From contig NC_068989.1 of NCBI RefSeq assembly GCF_001194135.2, positions 94,314,659-94,378,658 of the forward strand: DNA of 64,000 nucleotides. Reading direction: 5' to 3'. Positions 38,951 to 52,027 of the stretch are shown one piece after another. The notes beneath the pieces are model-generated. The model was given only the letters and a program-made list of their open reading frames with translations, made no database searches and was not told the origin of the DNA. This DNA comes from Octopus bimaculoides (Eukaryota). Position 1 is the stretch's first letter; every line of letters begins with the position of its first letter. The position numbers were made by a program, and so were the translations under genes.

Positions 38951-39548
38951 AATGTTTTTCACGATAGAAGTATATTGTTTAATAGTAAATTAATTAGCAA
39001 TTATTTTCACATATTAAAGGTTCACACAACATGTCTTCTCCTTGAAATTATGCTTATCCGTATTTCAGAAACGGAATTTTAATGACATCCTAGTATCATG
39101 CTCTTGTAAAACTATTTCAAATAATTTAAAAAATTTGTTTACTAGCCATCCCTCAAACCTTAAATAAGCTCCAGTCTCCAGATAAATGGATGAGTGACGG
39201 AAATTAATTTTTTTTATATTTATTTCTGAAAGGGAAATTTCTGTCTCATATTTTTAAAATCCAATTCTGAATACGTGGACAAGTTATGCCAAGACAATAA
39301 AACAGCGAAATGTTTTAGTTTGCCGCTGTCTTCATTAAGTATTTTACACGTATGCACCCATGTACGATGTATGCTTTATAGGCAGTTGGATTAATGTGTA
39401 TAAATTGTAGTTATGTTCTCAGCTATCATTCACAGCTCATGCCGGAATTTTAAATGGAGCATTTCTGTAAGTTATTCAATTATCTTCACAAATAACCAGG
39501 GTTGCTTTGTTAGAAAAAAGGAAATAACAGCATATACACATTCACCTT

Positions 39549-39812
39549 CTATAGAATAACACGTGCTTTTGCATAAAACATAAGTAACATGTGCTTGCTA
39601 TCTGTTGGCAGCAATATGCCCCACACAGAAACGATATAAAGAATATCAAGTCTGATATTAATGATTAGTCTTACGATAAACGACACAATTTTATATTTAG
39701 CGTAATATTTCATCGGTATAGATTTTTCCCCCATTATTTTTAGTAGCAATATTTTTTTTATAAACAGCAATTTCTTAGTGTGAAAAATACACGGAGTAAA
39801 CTTTATAACCAA
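39549..39812 (-). pseudogene. RAPGEF2/6-like fragment I (REM)
   Basis: TKKLLF ~ GKKLLE; KHMLLMFYAKARV ~ GHLRLLNIACAAKAKR within one ORF. Confidence 0.5.
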
Positions 39813-40829
39813 TCATAGTATTTCAGCACTCGCCACTATATTGTCTTCCAGACTCACATAGTTTCACTGCTTTAGTAATAACAAATCTCATAAATATAGA
39901 GACAGAATAAAAAAAAACACATTAAAATGTATTATGAGGCCTTTAATATTTTCTTCAAATGTATATACTTTCTTTTCACAAGCTTCGTTATTTGATTGGC
40001 TGCTGTTATTTTTTCTTTTAGTTTTCGACGCCGATAATCCATTTTTATGACACGCTTACTTTCAAAATATGACTGTCTAAACTAACTCACTTCTTTTATG
40101 TTCTTCGCTTGTATATAAACTATCAACTTTAATTTGCAATTTCTAACGCAACTCATTCGCCTGCTAATACATAATTAAAGATTCACAGATTGGAAATATT
40201 TTCTGAATTTTAAATTAATAGCAGGAAATGCCTATAGAACTTCGATTCTCCCTTCAGATACTCCTTATCTAATTTCTCATCCATATCATTTTTACTTTAC
40301 TACTCCTTTTGTTTGTGGCGTAATACTAAAATTAAATACTGAAATATAAAAATATTAAATTAACAAGGAAGTATGAAATATTACAGTGACATTATCTGAA
40401 GAATGGTGGCTCCATGTGTTAATAGCGAGGAATTATTAAAAAAAATAGCATAAGTGAAAAGTAGATTCATTGCCGTGTTTATGTGTTGTTGTGTTTTCTT
40501 TTTTGCCATATTAAAAGTAGCATTTATAAAATGATAACTTGTTTACTGAAAAAAAGATGAAAACATGTTGATATTTTATTGAAAGAAGTGCCAATATACT
40601 TTCGATATAAATGAGCTTAAAAATCGTAAAATTGCTTTAGCATCTTCCTCGCAATGTATGACGTCTAAAAAGCATTAAGCGTAGAAACATTACGAAGATA
40701 GACAACATTATATAGGGCATTATTCTTCAATATCTATATCCTAATTTAGATATATTTATTTCTATACATAAAAGCGTATCTTATTTCGCATAAAATATGT
40801 CAATATATAGCTCTCGTACCTGCATAAAT

Positions 40830-40879
40830 ATGTATGTATGTATGTATGTCGGTATGTAGGTATGTATGTATATATACGT

Positions 40880-40931
<52 letters not shown>

Positions 40932-41190
40932 GAATACGTACATCCATACATATATATGTATGAGTGTGTGTACATATATATATATACACATACATACATA
41001 TATATATATTTATATGTACATGCATACGTACATGCATGTATATATATATATACATACACACACACACATATATATATATGTGTGTGCGTGTGTGTGTGTG
41101 TGTGTGTGTACGCATGCTTATTCGTATATGTCCACGGCTAATTTGTATGTGTTCATTTATACAAGTATATATATATACACACACACACCT
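40830..41190. repeat. Compound (TA)n/(CA)n/(TG)n/(TATG)n microsatellite
   Basis: Directly visible. Confidence 0.95.
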
Positions 41191-42519
41191 TCAGAATATC
41201 TGTAGGGCGTGAAGTATAAAAGAGAGTAACAGGTATCGAGCCCAAACATTTATACAATGAAGTTATAATTTTAAAATAGAATTAGGAGAAAAAAAGATTG
41301 AAGGTGAGTATAAAGTCCTACAATAGTTGACGCAAAGATGTGGGAAAGATGAAAATACAAGCAGTAACTGAACGAGACGATAGAATAAGATGCAAATGAT
41401 ATACTTCTCTTTAGTAACTATGAACTAAAAATGTTCTGTTGTTTTGAAAACTTTTTGAGTTTACGGTAATATTAATGATGTTTGATTTGAGTATAACCCG
41501 TTAAATATTCAGTTCCTGACTCTTGAATAGAAGTAGAATATGCATATTTTATTTTCTTCTATTATTTGTAATGTTTACTTGATTGTGTTTGTCATTTCTC
41601 TTTTCTGTATTTCTGTGTAAATAATTACAGGTTTTCTACGTGATATGTTTTAGCGTCGTTCCCACAAATATTCCTTTTTTTGTTATTGCTAAACTAAATA
41701 TTAGTTCATAACTATTTTTACCTATTTTTGACCCATAATCCAATTAGTTTCACTTCTAAAGCTACTTATGTAAAATACATTATCTTGATATTTCAAAATA
41801 CAGGTGTCGATTGATTTTATGCATCTTTTACAAATGAAAAGATCCCCAGCATATAATCACTTATATTGATAATTACATAATTATTATATTTACGGATATT
41901 TACGTTAATTATACAGTTATTAATAGCTACTTATGAGAGAATGTCGAATCATTCATTGTCATTTAAATGAATGCTTCAGGTCTTAACTGATTTAGAAGAA
42001 CTCAGCTGTCAAAAAGAATTGCAATTATCTAACGCTCACACCCACACATGTATTCTATATATTAACAAAAGTGTATATGAGCGCTTTGTAAGTGCGAAAC
42101 CGATTGTCCCCCTCTGACCGGGCATAACAAACAACCTTCTACATATTATATATATATATAAACCATATATATATATAAGCCATATATATATATANNNNNN
42201 NNNNNNNNNNNNNNNNNNNNNNNNNNNNNNNNNNNNNNNNNNNNNNNNNNNNNNNNNNNNNNNNNNNNNNNNNNNNNNNNNNNNNNNNNNNNNNNNNNNN
42301 NNNNNNNNNNNNNNNNNNNNNNNNNNNNNNNNNNNNNNNNNNNNNNNNNNNNNNNNNNNNNNNNNNNNNNNNNNNNNNNNNNNNNNNNNNNNNNNATATA
42401 AGCCATTTCATTACAGTCAAAGAAGAAAGTAGGAAAAAGCAACAAATAAAACAAAGGACGCTGTTTAATTTATAATGCAGTATTTCAGAGTTTGTAAACA
42501 TTTAACTACATATATGAGC

Positions 42520-42668
42520 GTGTGTTTCTTCCGCACAGTTTCCTTCCACAAAATTCTGTCCCAAGGTATTGGTGGGATACGTGGTTTGGCTCCAGAATAT
42601 GCCTCCCAGTGGGACTGAACCTGAGACCAAGTGATTACAAAACGAATTTCTTAATCTCACAGCCACGT
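42520..42668 (-). mobile_element. tRNA-derived SINE head (family 2-like)
   Basis: Reverse complement cgtggctgtgagattaag...caggttcagtcccactg matches family 2 heads. Confidence 0.65.
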
Positions 42669-43539
42669 GGGAATTTATTTGAAATATATCACAACAACAT
42701 TGTAATTGGTAGAGGCAGTTTGTATTTTGTTCAATTTATTCGTTATGTGTTCAGATGTCTCACAGTGCAGTTCTGCATTTTATTCTTACAGGGTCGTGTT
42801 ATTTGAAGATGCCTCTCAAGCAACATCGCTAGTTTTGTGTGTGTCTTACATATACAGTTACTACCGCTGTAATCTGAAGTTCTTTTTTCTTTGAGGTGTT
42901 TTCATTCACTTGTTTACCATATATTTTCATCAAACTCGAAATATATTTTTACCAGAAATTATTAAATAAAGGAAGCAGGAAAATATAAGAAGCAATTTGT
43001 AGAATAATCGTAGATATCAATATTTTTCTTATCACTCTTTATACATTTATCGAAAAGTTTCAAATGTAAAGACGTTTAGAAATATATTTTCCTAATATAA
43101 TTATTTCCCTGTAACTATACACATAATGATATAACAACTCAATGTGTGTGTGCATGTGTGTGCGTGCGTGTGTGACTGTGTATGTGCGTGTGGTGGCCTT
43201 GTGCCAATATTATAAATTCTTATTTAAGAAAAATACCAAAACTGCATTGCAATTTACCTTGACAAAATTCCAAATATTCTCAGTCTTATCTGCATATTTC
43301 ACAGATGCCTATTTTGGAAATGTTCGCGTTTGCTAATAGTTTGCCTGTCTGTTTTATAGTATATCAAAAATAAATCTATTTTCAGTTAATATGTTTAAAA
43401 TAGGATCAGCTATGTTCCTATGTTAAATAACGAATATAGATATAATTTCTTGTTGAATGATATAAGTAATCTTAGATACTCTTCAGTAGTATTATCTGCA
43501 GTTCTATTTTAATGAAGCCTAATCAGATTACCTTTACGA

Positions 43540-43710
43540 GTAAACAAACGCATACGTACCAAATGGCGTGCACATGCGTACTAATGCACGTAGACGAGGT
43601 TAAAAACAACCGTAATACAGCACAAGCTTCCTCTTATAATGATCGGTAATTCTGTCCTCAGCTCTATAGACAAAACTGTTATCATTTGTGCATAAGAAAT
43701 GACATGTTAC
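43540..43710 (-). pseudogene. Possible N-terminal CNB-like domain of a RAPGEF2/6-like copy (perhaps upstream part of I)
   Basis: NDNSFVYRAED ~ ANEVLYYPDD; GCF*PR ~ SMFLPRSSF. Short anchors only. Confidence 0.35.
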
Positions 43711-44179
43711 AGATTTTAAGTGAAAATATCAATTACTCGCTGAGTATCAGGAACTCAATATAGTTTTTGGAATATATAAGAAAGGTAAACTTAATGGAGA
43801 ATACATTGTCAACAGTGGAATTATTCATATGTACATTCGACCTTCTGTAAAGGGCCGTAAGATTTCCTAAAATGTTATATCTTGTATTTGTCGAACGGTT
43901 TCGCTTTCACTAATCAAGATATTAAAATTTATCTAAATACATATTTTCTTAAGACAAAGTATGTTTATCAATGTTGTATGTGGAGTTCATGAATGAACAA
44001 TTCAGCAGGTAGAACAATCGAAGGGGAGGTAATTGGTTATCATTATCATTGTGGGCAGGGGAGATAATTGTTCATCTTTCGGTAGGGGGGATACACACCA
44101 AAATTCAAAAAGTAGGGTAGCGGGGTGTAATATGTACAGTGATGGGTATGTAATCTTGAAATAAAATATGTATAGAGAT

Positions 44180-44620
44180 GAAAGTTAGTTATGCATGCAT
44201 ATTTAGACGTGTTCTGTATTTTTCGATGAATACATTTTCTTTATTTAAGCGTTCTTGCAAAGAGATTGTATCTATGCACTGGTAGAAGGGATCTGCTCTT
44301 TATGTAGAGTGGTTCTCCGTGTCAATGTCATCTTGTCTGTCTTATATAGTCATGTCCACAACCCGAGCATGTCATTACATAAATTAGGTTCTCAGAGGCA
44401 CAAGTGAAGCTGGTTTGAATTGTTTGAAAAGGAAATACGAGCCTTCAAGTAAGTTGGGGCATATTCCAAAGTTTGGGCGTCTAGATTATTAACAGTTGGT
44501 TTCTTGGTTGTTGTGTAAAGCTCCGCATTTGTTAGAAGTGTCTTTAGCGATTTGTGTTGATTTTTGCAATTGATGAGTTCTTTTCACTTTTCTCTTTCTC
44601 GCCCCCTCTCTCACATTTCT
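44180..44620 (-). mobile_element. Penelope-like GIY-YIG fragment
   Basis: FTCASENLIYVMTCSGCGHDYIRQT ~ FTCxSxNLIYVITCxGCxxxYIGQT. Confidence 0.8.
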
Positions 44621-45228
44621 TGACCTTCCCTTAATTCTTACCTTCCCTCCTCTTTTACCTCACACTATTCCTTTTCTTTTTTCTTCCTTTCTCGTCCATC
44701 CCTAATTCTTCTATCCCTCTGCCCCTACCTCTCTCCTTGGTGTTCGGCCAAGCCTGACCTTTCATTCTTGGTTCGACTGCCATCCGTGTGACATGACTTT
44801 CATCTCTGATGTCCCTGCTGTAAGGCTTCACTTCCACACACGCCAGCTTAATTTAATTCACTCTTAGTCGAAAGACACATGTTGTCAATATCCTGTTGTC
44901 TGTATTTGTAATAATGTACAATTTCTCCGGTTTTTTTTTGTTTTGTTTCGTCCTTGTTTTCGTATACATTCGCTAGCATTCTTCCACGGAATCTAGTGCT
45001 CTTAGCTTAGATTTTCTTGAAGCTGTCCAGATTGGAGCAGTCTTGAGTGTAACCGGCCGAAGCTGCAAAGAACATCTGGAATTCGACTGAGGATAGAAAA
45101 TTCCGAATGACCCGTACTTGATTTTTACTGTCTTTTTTTTTGTATCGTACAACTTTCCGAATGTGTTGCTGTCTCTTTTTACGTTCTTGCTCCAATTTTT
45201 GTTTTCTTTTTTTATATATACATATAAG

Positions 45229-45259
<31 letters not shown>

Positions 45260-47577
45260 NNNNNNNNNNNNNNNNNNNNNNNNNNNNNNNNNNNNNNNNN
45301 NNNNNNNNNNNNNNNNNNNNNNNNNNNNNNNNNNNNNNNNNNNNNNNNNNNNNNNNNNNNNNNNNNNNNNNNNNNNNNNNNNNNNNNNNNNNNNNNNNNN
45401 NNNNNNNNNNNNNNNNNNNNNNNNNNNNNNNNNNNNNNNNNNNATATATATATATATAAGCGTTAGTTTTATTGTAACTCTTTGTGCTGGAGGAAATTAT
45501 ACAGTTTATAAGAGTGTAGTAAATATGTAATTTAAAGAATGGTAAAAATGCTAAAGACGTTTAGAAAATTAAATACATAAATATTCTGTGATTGTGCCCC
45601 TATTTAAAACAATCACTTCAAATGTAATCAGTCATGATATTTAATGTCTCAGAAACCAATTCATCATTAATCTTTCGAATTCCGTTCCGTATTTCTTTAT
45701 TCCGTTCCCCCATTTCTTGCCTAATTATGTCCCAAATTAAGACATTTAAGTGAAATCTCATCTGTTAAATAATATGAAACTTAAACATTTATTTGTTTAT
45801 AGTCATGAATAGGATTGTATACTCTACGTCATGCTATACACGTTCACCTTTTGTGAAATTTTGTCTTTGTTTCCTGATCCTTTTCAAGATTATATTTGAA
45901 ATATGAAAAATTCTGTCAATGAATGATTAGTTTTGTTAGCCATAATATGTCATTTACAAAATGTTAAAAGAACAACTAGTTCTTTCTGATACATTGATTT
46001 TATTTGGAAAGAACACAGGGGGTGTGCTGTATAAGTTACTTTTACGAAAGATACGATAAACATTTGATCTTAAAACTGCTCAATCAGCGTTGAGATAGAG
46101 TTAAAATCGCAACGCTTTTTATGTTCCATGGAATTTATAAAAAAATATGTGTATCAATGTCATCTCTATGGTTTTGTCGCTTCAAAATGTATTTATTTAA
46201 ATAACTTATCTACTTTGCAAAATAAATCTCTGGCATTATAATTTATTTCCTCGTCATTTTATCGAAAAACTATTGTATATTGACAAACAATAATGGTAGA
46301 CTTACTATTTGAAACCTGACTTTATTACTTTAGAATTTAGGGTTTCCCTTCATCACTATTCGAAATCGAATTTAGTGGGATAATTTGGTTATAGCATGTA
46401 TCCATCAAAACCTATATGCACGATTCAACTAAAGTATGAATGCGATATGAATATATCAGAAAAAATATGGTAATATATATATATATATATANNNNNNNNN
46501 NNNNNNNNNNNNNNNNNNNNNNNNNNNNNNNNNNNNNNNNNNNNNNNNNNNNNNNNNNNNNNNNNNNNNNNNNNNNNNNNNNNNNNNNNNNNNNNNNNNN
46601 NNNNNNNNNNNNNNNNNNNNNNNNNNNNNNNNNNNNNNNNNNNNNNNNNNNNNNNNNNNNNNNNNNNNNNNNNNNNNNNNNNNNNNNNNNNNNNNNNNNN
46701 NNNNNNNNNNNNNNNNNNNNNNNNNNNNNNNNNNNNNNNNNNNNNATATATATATATATATATATATATAAAATAGCATTCAGTGAGATAGGTTGAGGGA
46801 CGGAAATATAAGGAGAGTAGTGAGGCTAGAATTGCAAGAGGAAAAATAATGGGTAGAGATTGCAGTGGTATCAATGATCAAACTATTCCTAATCGATAAA
46901 ATAGGAATAGGAAAGATGTGCTTTTTATCTCAGCTATGAATTCATTTCTATAGTTATTTATTTGATTAGATGTTTGCTTCAAAAAATTTCTATTCATCCT
47001 AGAAATACAAAACAAACAAATACTAGTGATTTTCTTCTTTAAGAAATTTTATATGCAAAGAATACACCATGCTTTTTTTTTTCTATCAATAACATGGAAA
47101 CAGAATTCTGATTACAAATTCTCGAAAATCTGTTTAATATCCTCAGCTATGTTATCAATTCCATTTCAAACATTGGGATAAAATATGCAAAGATTCCAAA
47201 GGAAGTTGAGCTATGTTGTATCAATAAAAGCAACGCAAGTAAATATCCATTTTTGATACGTACATATATGGCTTTAGGTGAACCAGATGTATTTTTACTA
47301 GTTTGAGGTTTATATTTTCTGTCATATTTTCTTCCTACGGTTGACTACAAGTGGTTCATCCCCAATGTGATTGTTAGATATTGCTACCTCACTGTTTTGT
47401 ATATTTTTGTTGACATATTTGTCTTTTCTTTTATTCATAAGAATTATTCTCACATTATATCCATTAACGGAAGTATTTTGCCTTCAGTTAGATAAGTGTT
47501 TCTTGAAGCTCAATCATCTAAAGTGACATTTCACTACAAGAACGCCGGTGTTACAGTGGTTGATTTAAGGCCGATAT

Positions 47578-47595
47578 ATTATAATAATAATAATA

Positions 47596-47693
<98 letters not shown>

Positions 47694-47702
47694 TAGTAGT
47701 AG
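47578..47702. repeat. (AAT)n/(ATT)n/(AGT)n compound trinucleotide microsatellite
   Basis: Directly visible. Confidence 0.95.
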
Positions 47703-48084
47703 TTTCCTCCTTAGTAGAAGTTTATTCGCCATCTCCTTTCTCGTCATGCGGTGCAAGTGTATCATACTTAATTTTCATGAAAAGAATCAAGTTTATATTC
47801 CACATCATGCTGCATACACATTGTATATATGACGCTAGTCATTGTGAGCTGGTATATTAATAATATATATGAAAATTATTTAAAAGATATAGTGACGATC
47901 AAGTACCCCCCACCTTTTTGCCAACTGATGTATTTTACTTAAATATATTTCACATTTATATACTTGCAGATGTCATTTATTGAAATTCATTTTAAATTGT
48001 TCAAATGAGGGTGGCGACATCAAACACCCTTTTTCAGCAAATTCTACAGATCAGAGGAGGCTCTCAATAATCACAGTATAGCAA

Positions 48085-48150
48085 ATACGGCGGTGCCCCA
48101 GCATGGCCACACCCTTGCGTTGAAACTGATAAAACATAGAATATGAAAAA
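48085..48150 (+). mobile_element. SINE family 2, 3' tail fragment
   Basis: ggcggtgccccagcatggccac..tgaaactgataaaa matches the tail at ~3910-3960. Confidence 0.6.
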
Positions 48151-48314
48151 GAAAAATTGTTCCTGAAAGAAACATATTTGACATTTGACGAAACATTAAT
48201 TACTGACGATGCTTCTTTTAGATAAAATATATCCGTTCCGCTTTTTATAAGGATCTACTCTCGGAAAATAGCCACAATAATGTCTTTGCAATGTTTGCAA
48301 TAATATGTTTGTCA

Positions 48315-48790
48315 CTCAGTTCTGTCAGCACTCCGGCCCGCCCGGGCTTTGGTATCTGAAGGTCAGAGACGTGTGGTCCTTGTGGGGCTTACTGTGCTGA
48401 GACCCATGAGCTGAAGCTCTTGGGCTATGAAGAGGTGGTTGCTGAATTTCGGTAGAGGGGTTACATCTGTGAGCTGGTTGTGTTCGAGGACGGCTGCAGA
48501 GGCTTCCCAGCAGCTTCCCTCAGAAGGTTTCTGAAGGTGATTGGTGTGTCTTCTGTGAGGAAGACCATCAAAGAATGTGGGGAGAAAGCAGTTAAGGGTA
48601 GTGCTTGGATTACCAGGAGGTTTATGAATGCGGATAAGGCCACAAAACTGTCATGAGTTTGGTTGCAACGCAATACGTCCATCTATTGCGGGCCCACCGT
48701 GTGTAGAGATACTGAGCTTAATGGGCCGAAATCTTGTCGAAGCACGGCGCTCAGCTGATGGTTGCAGCCGGGCGAGAAATGGAGCACTCT
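48315..48790 (+). mobile_element. HERO-type RLE endonuclease 3' fragment with probable 3' UTR
   Basis: SALRP...RVVLVGLTV...YEEVVAEFR*RGYICELVVFEDGCRGF...KTIKECGEKAVKGSAWI ~ TSLRPD...VLLELTVP...KYEEL...PIEVGCRGF...EAAEKASRWLW. Confidence 0.8.
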
Positions 48791-49619
48791 GCCTTTTCTT
48801 CTACTATATATATCACTACTAAACTAACATTTTCAAATGTTCTGGCTAAATCGGATTTTTTTATATTTTTACTACAACGGAAATATATTTTACTTGTATA
48901 AATTTTTAATACTTCTAATGGTATTTAACTAATTCGTTTTGGTTTCAGTAAACACTTAAATGGTTTTATGTGTATATGAAATGTTGCGCAGACGAAGAAA
49001 TCGTGTAGAGGCAATTAAATATATTTTTAATTTAGCTCCATTCATCTATGTTGGGACTTTCAGTTTATTATTCTACCCGCTAAAATCGATAAAATATATC
49101 TGAGATGTAATTTAGTAGATTGAATAGATATTCTGTAAAGCATGCGCTCTTGACGATGTGAATTGCAATGGTCACATATTCATGTCAGTAACGTAACAGA
49201 AATTATAAAGCAGTTCGTAGGGGATTATTTTAGTTTAGGAAATTAGTCAGATAGGGAATATAAGTGCAGCTATTACTGAAGGAGCGACATTGAATTTCTT
49301 TGTGTCTGGGTCAAAATTATTTAGGATGAATTTGTCAAAAAGATTGTTTAAATAAAAAATAAAAATATGCGTTGGGAAACGATCTCAAAAATGTGAAGTT
49401 TCTGGACAGAAATTCTTGCAAGATTAGCAGAATGGAAGTTTAAGTATAGAAATAAAAATAGTAATGATTTGAAGCAGTATTTTGAATGGAATTTTGCAGC
49501 GAGTTTGCTCTGAGCTACAAAAGCATTTATAGAAGCGAGAGAGAGAAAAAAAACGTTCTTAAATTAATGTTTTTCCGTTTCTTTCATGGCTTTAGCAGTC
49601 GTGAAAGAATAACGACTAT

Positions 49620-50900
49620 AACCTTTTCAATGTTACTGAGATTGTGAGAGAGAGTGAAGAATTTATCCTCGGACCAGATACTGGTATAAAAACCTGCAAT
49701 AGAATAGATGATATTAAATCACGCCTGTATCAGACGGTGAAATTTAACTGAGAGACGGAATAGAGAAATATTGTCTACCAGAATAACATTTACATGTATG
49801 GAACAATGCTTCTATATTTCTTCTTATATCGCATGCGTATAAATATAAATTAGTTCTTTCGACTTATTAGCTATTTTTTTAATCGTTTACGTTTTAATTT
49901 CAAATTACGAATCAGTCAACTGAAGCGATCAAATCATTTTCGTCGAACATAAAATAAACATCACATAGGCGGGCTTATTTTTAAGCTTCTATAAGTTATT
50001 TTTCATATTTGCCTCAATATTCCCCCTAACGACTGATTCATGTATGAAATTAAGACAATTATATCTTATAATCTTTAGCACTCAGCGTATTTGGACACAT
50101 ATTTCTTTATTCTTATGCTTTTTCATTATCATTTCCTTATAATTGTCAAGACTATCTAGAAAGTAAGAGCTGAAGGAAGCAGGGTTGAACATGTGCACCA
50201 GTCGTCGGCTGGTGCACATGTTCAGCCAAATACTCTGCAGCAACAAGAAATGAAGTACCTTACTCTAAACTAAGACCGTATGATTTTGAGGCCAATAAAT
50301 TACTTACAACGTCACGCAACTTCACTAACAGGAATATAACTAAATATATTATTCGAAGACAGCATTATCTCTCTGCATATAATTCCACGAGGAAACATTA
50401 TCATTACCAAGGGGGAAATGTATTGACTATAAAACACAACTCAGTAATATACGCTCATATAAAGCATGTGTGAAAGAAACCTTGTCAACTGCTAATGGTT
50501 AACCGTTGAGTAATTTAAAATCGAATGTAGCTAATGTTACTCTCATGAACAGTTGCGTCTTCTGTAATGAGCATGAATAGCAGGCACATAATAATATAAT
50601 GATGTTGCTGGACATTTTAACCACAAGCTCGCTTCAAATTAAAACGCTTGGTAACTTTGAATAACCAAATTGTAACAATCGAATTTTGGAACATTATCTA
50701 AACTTAAGATACCTCTTCACGAGGTGATGCTACTGCAGAACGCATCGGTTATGACATTTCCTAAATTATATCCTCCAAAGCTTTGGAACAGCATGAGATT
50801 CACCGCCAGAAATATGGTTCATCATGTCGTGGATATCACCATAATGTAAAGAAAATTGATTTGAGGATTTTTATTTTGTCACTCAAGGATACCACTGAAG
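49620..50900 (-). pseudogene. RAPGEF2/6-like decayed copy J (CNB, REM, PDZ end)
   Basis: SFGG...RGIL...FDCYNLVIQSYQAF ~ SFG...[41 protein letters not shown] ~ LTMHLVEEHSVVDPTFI; RILLSCVL*SIHF ~ RVVLLWVNNHF; RINSSLSLTI ~ RNNTHLSITV. Confidence 0.55.
50183..50227. repeat. Near-perfect 19-bp inverted repeat (hairpin)
   Basis: ggttgaacatgtgcaccag-tcgtcgg-ctggtgcacatgttcagcc; 16 bp perfect, one mismatch/wobble in the outer 3 bp. Confidence 0.95.
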
Positions 50901-51014
50901 GTAACTTGTTTGTTATTGGAATTTCAAAGTTTCCAATTTCCTGTGTGAAACAATTTATCTCTGTCCTCCAATGAAATTTAACTGCAGCTATTGGAAAATA
51001 TTGAACTCAGTTTA

Positions 51015-51130
51015 GTAAATCCTGCATTTTTCAAAATTCTGTAGACCCGCAAAATGACACTTGGTGTATTGAGGAAACTTATTGACTCTTCTTCCTTGTA
51101 GAAGTACACGGCAAAACCAAGGAGATTGTT
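51015..51130 (-). pseudogene. Isolated RasGEF C-terminal fragment (possible additional RAPGEF-like copy)
   Basis: GLQNFEKCR at 51021-51047 ~ GLVNFEKLR; single strong anchor. Confidence 0.3.
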
Positions 51131-52027
51131 CATCTCAAAAACTTCGGACTGAAAAAGTGAGTAAACGAGATCATTTTGTTATAATTCTTTCTTCTTTGAC
51201 AATATACAGAGACCTGAAATCTTTACTTATAAATTTGCTAAAGCTTGCAAAAATTTACATAAATACAGTTTGTGTATCGATTAACTACTCTGGTATCAAC
51301 GAGTACCATGGCTAGATGCTGAATAAATTTCAAAGCAGTCTCTTATAATTGGCTATTCAATTGTAAACACTATAGTATTTGTCCGTAAATAGAATGACAG
51401 AAACATTATGTTTATCATTATTTGATTGTAACAGTATTGTATATTCTTTATACACGAGATCTCCTATTGCCTAAAAGGTTAATGTCCTGGCAGAAGGTTA
51501 TTACTAAAATAAAAGAAATTTCCTGGTATTTATTCCAGCATTCTGTTTCACATAACATTTAAATCCTTTGTCTAACACAAGTATTGCATTAATAATTATA
51601 TCCAACCAGGCCAGTAATTCGGATCTGTTATCAGAAGCTAAAGAATTTCAGCAAGCCAATAATTTACTCAAGTGGAAACCAATGAAATTCTAGAGGTTCT
51701 TTTAACATTAAGAAGAAAAAGTTGACACGTAATAAAAACCAATTCCACATCAATGAATGCCCTCGAAACGTATTGAAATGTCTCTCTTTATTTGGTATTC
51801 AGCCAAAGAAATTAATTATGCATATTCATCATTTTTAAAGTTAATCCTTGCTTAAGATTACAAATATGAATCGGCTTATGCAATTCAAATGTAAGACTTT
51901 GCCAACTCCTCGGCAATATTTGAGTGATAAATGTAAGTTAAATATATATCTATGATCTTTGTAGGAAACGTATAATGTGGCAAACTAGAAGCTACCAGGA
52001 TTACAATGTACATTAATTACATATAGT

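Noticed and set aside
6419-41212. ORFs rich in YI, CV, HT, RE, SL, poly-I or poly-L repeats
   Set aside because: Translations of di- and trinucleotide microsatellites; no coding evidence.
45080-45115. Hammerhead-like CTGAGGA...CGAA motif
   Set aside because: No GAAA core and no pairing stems.
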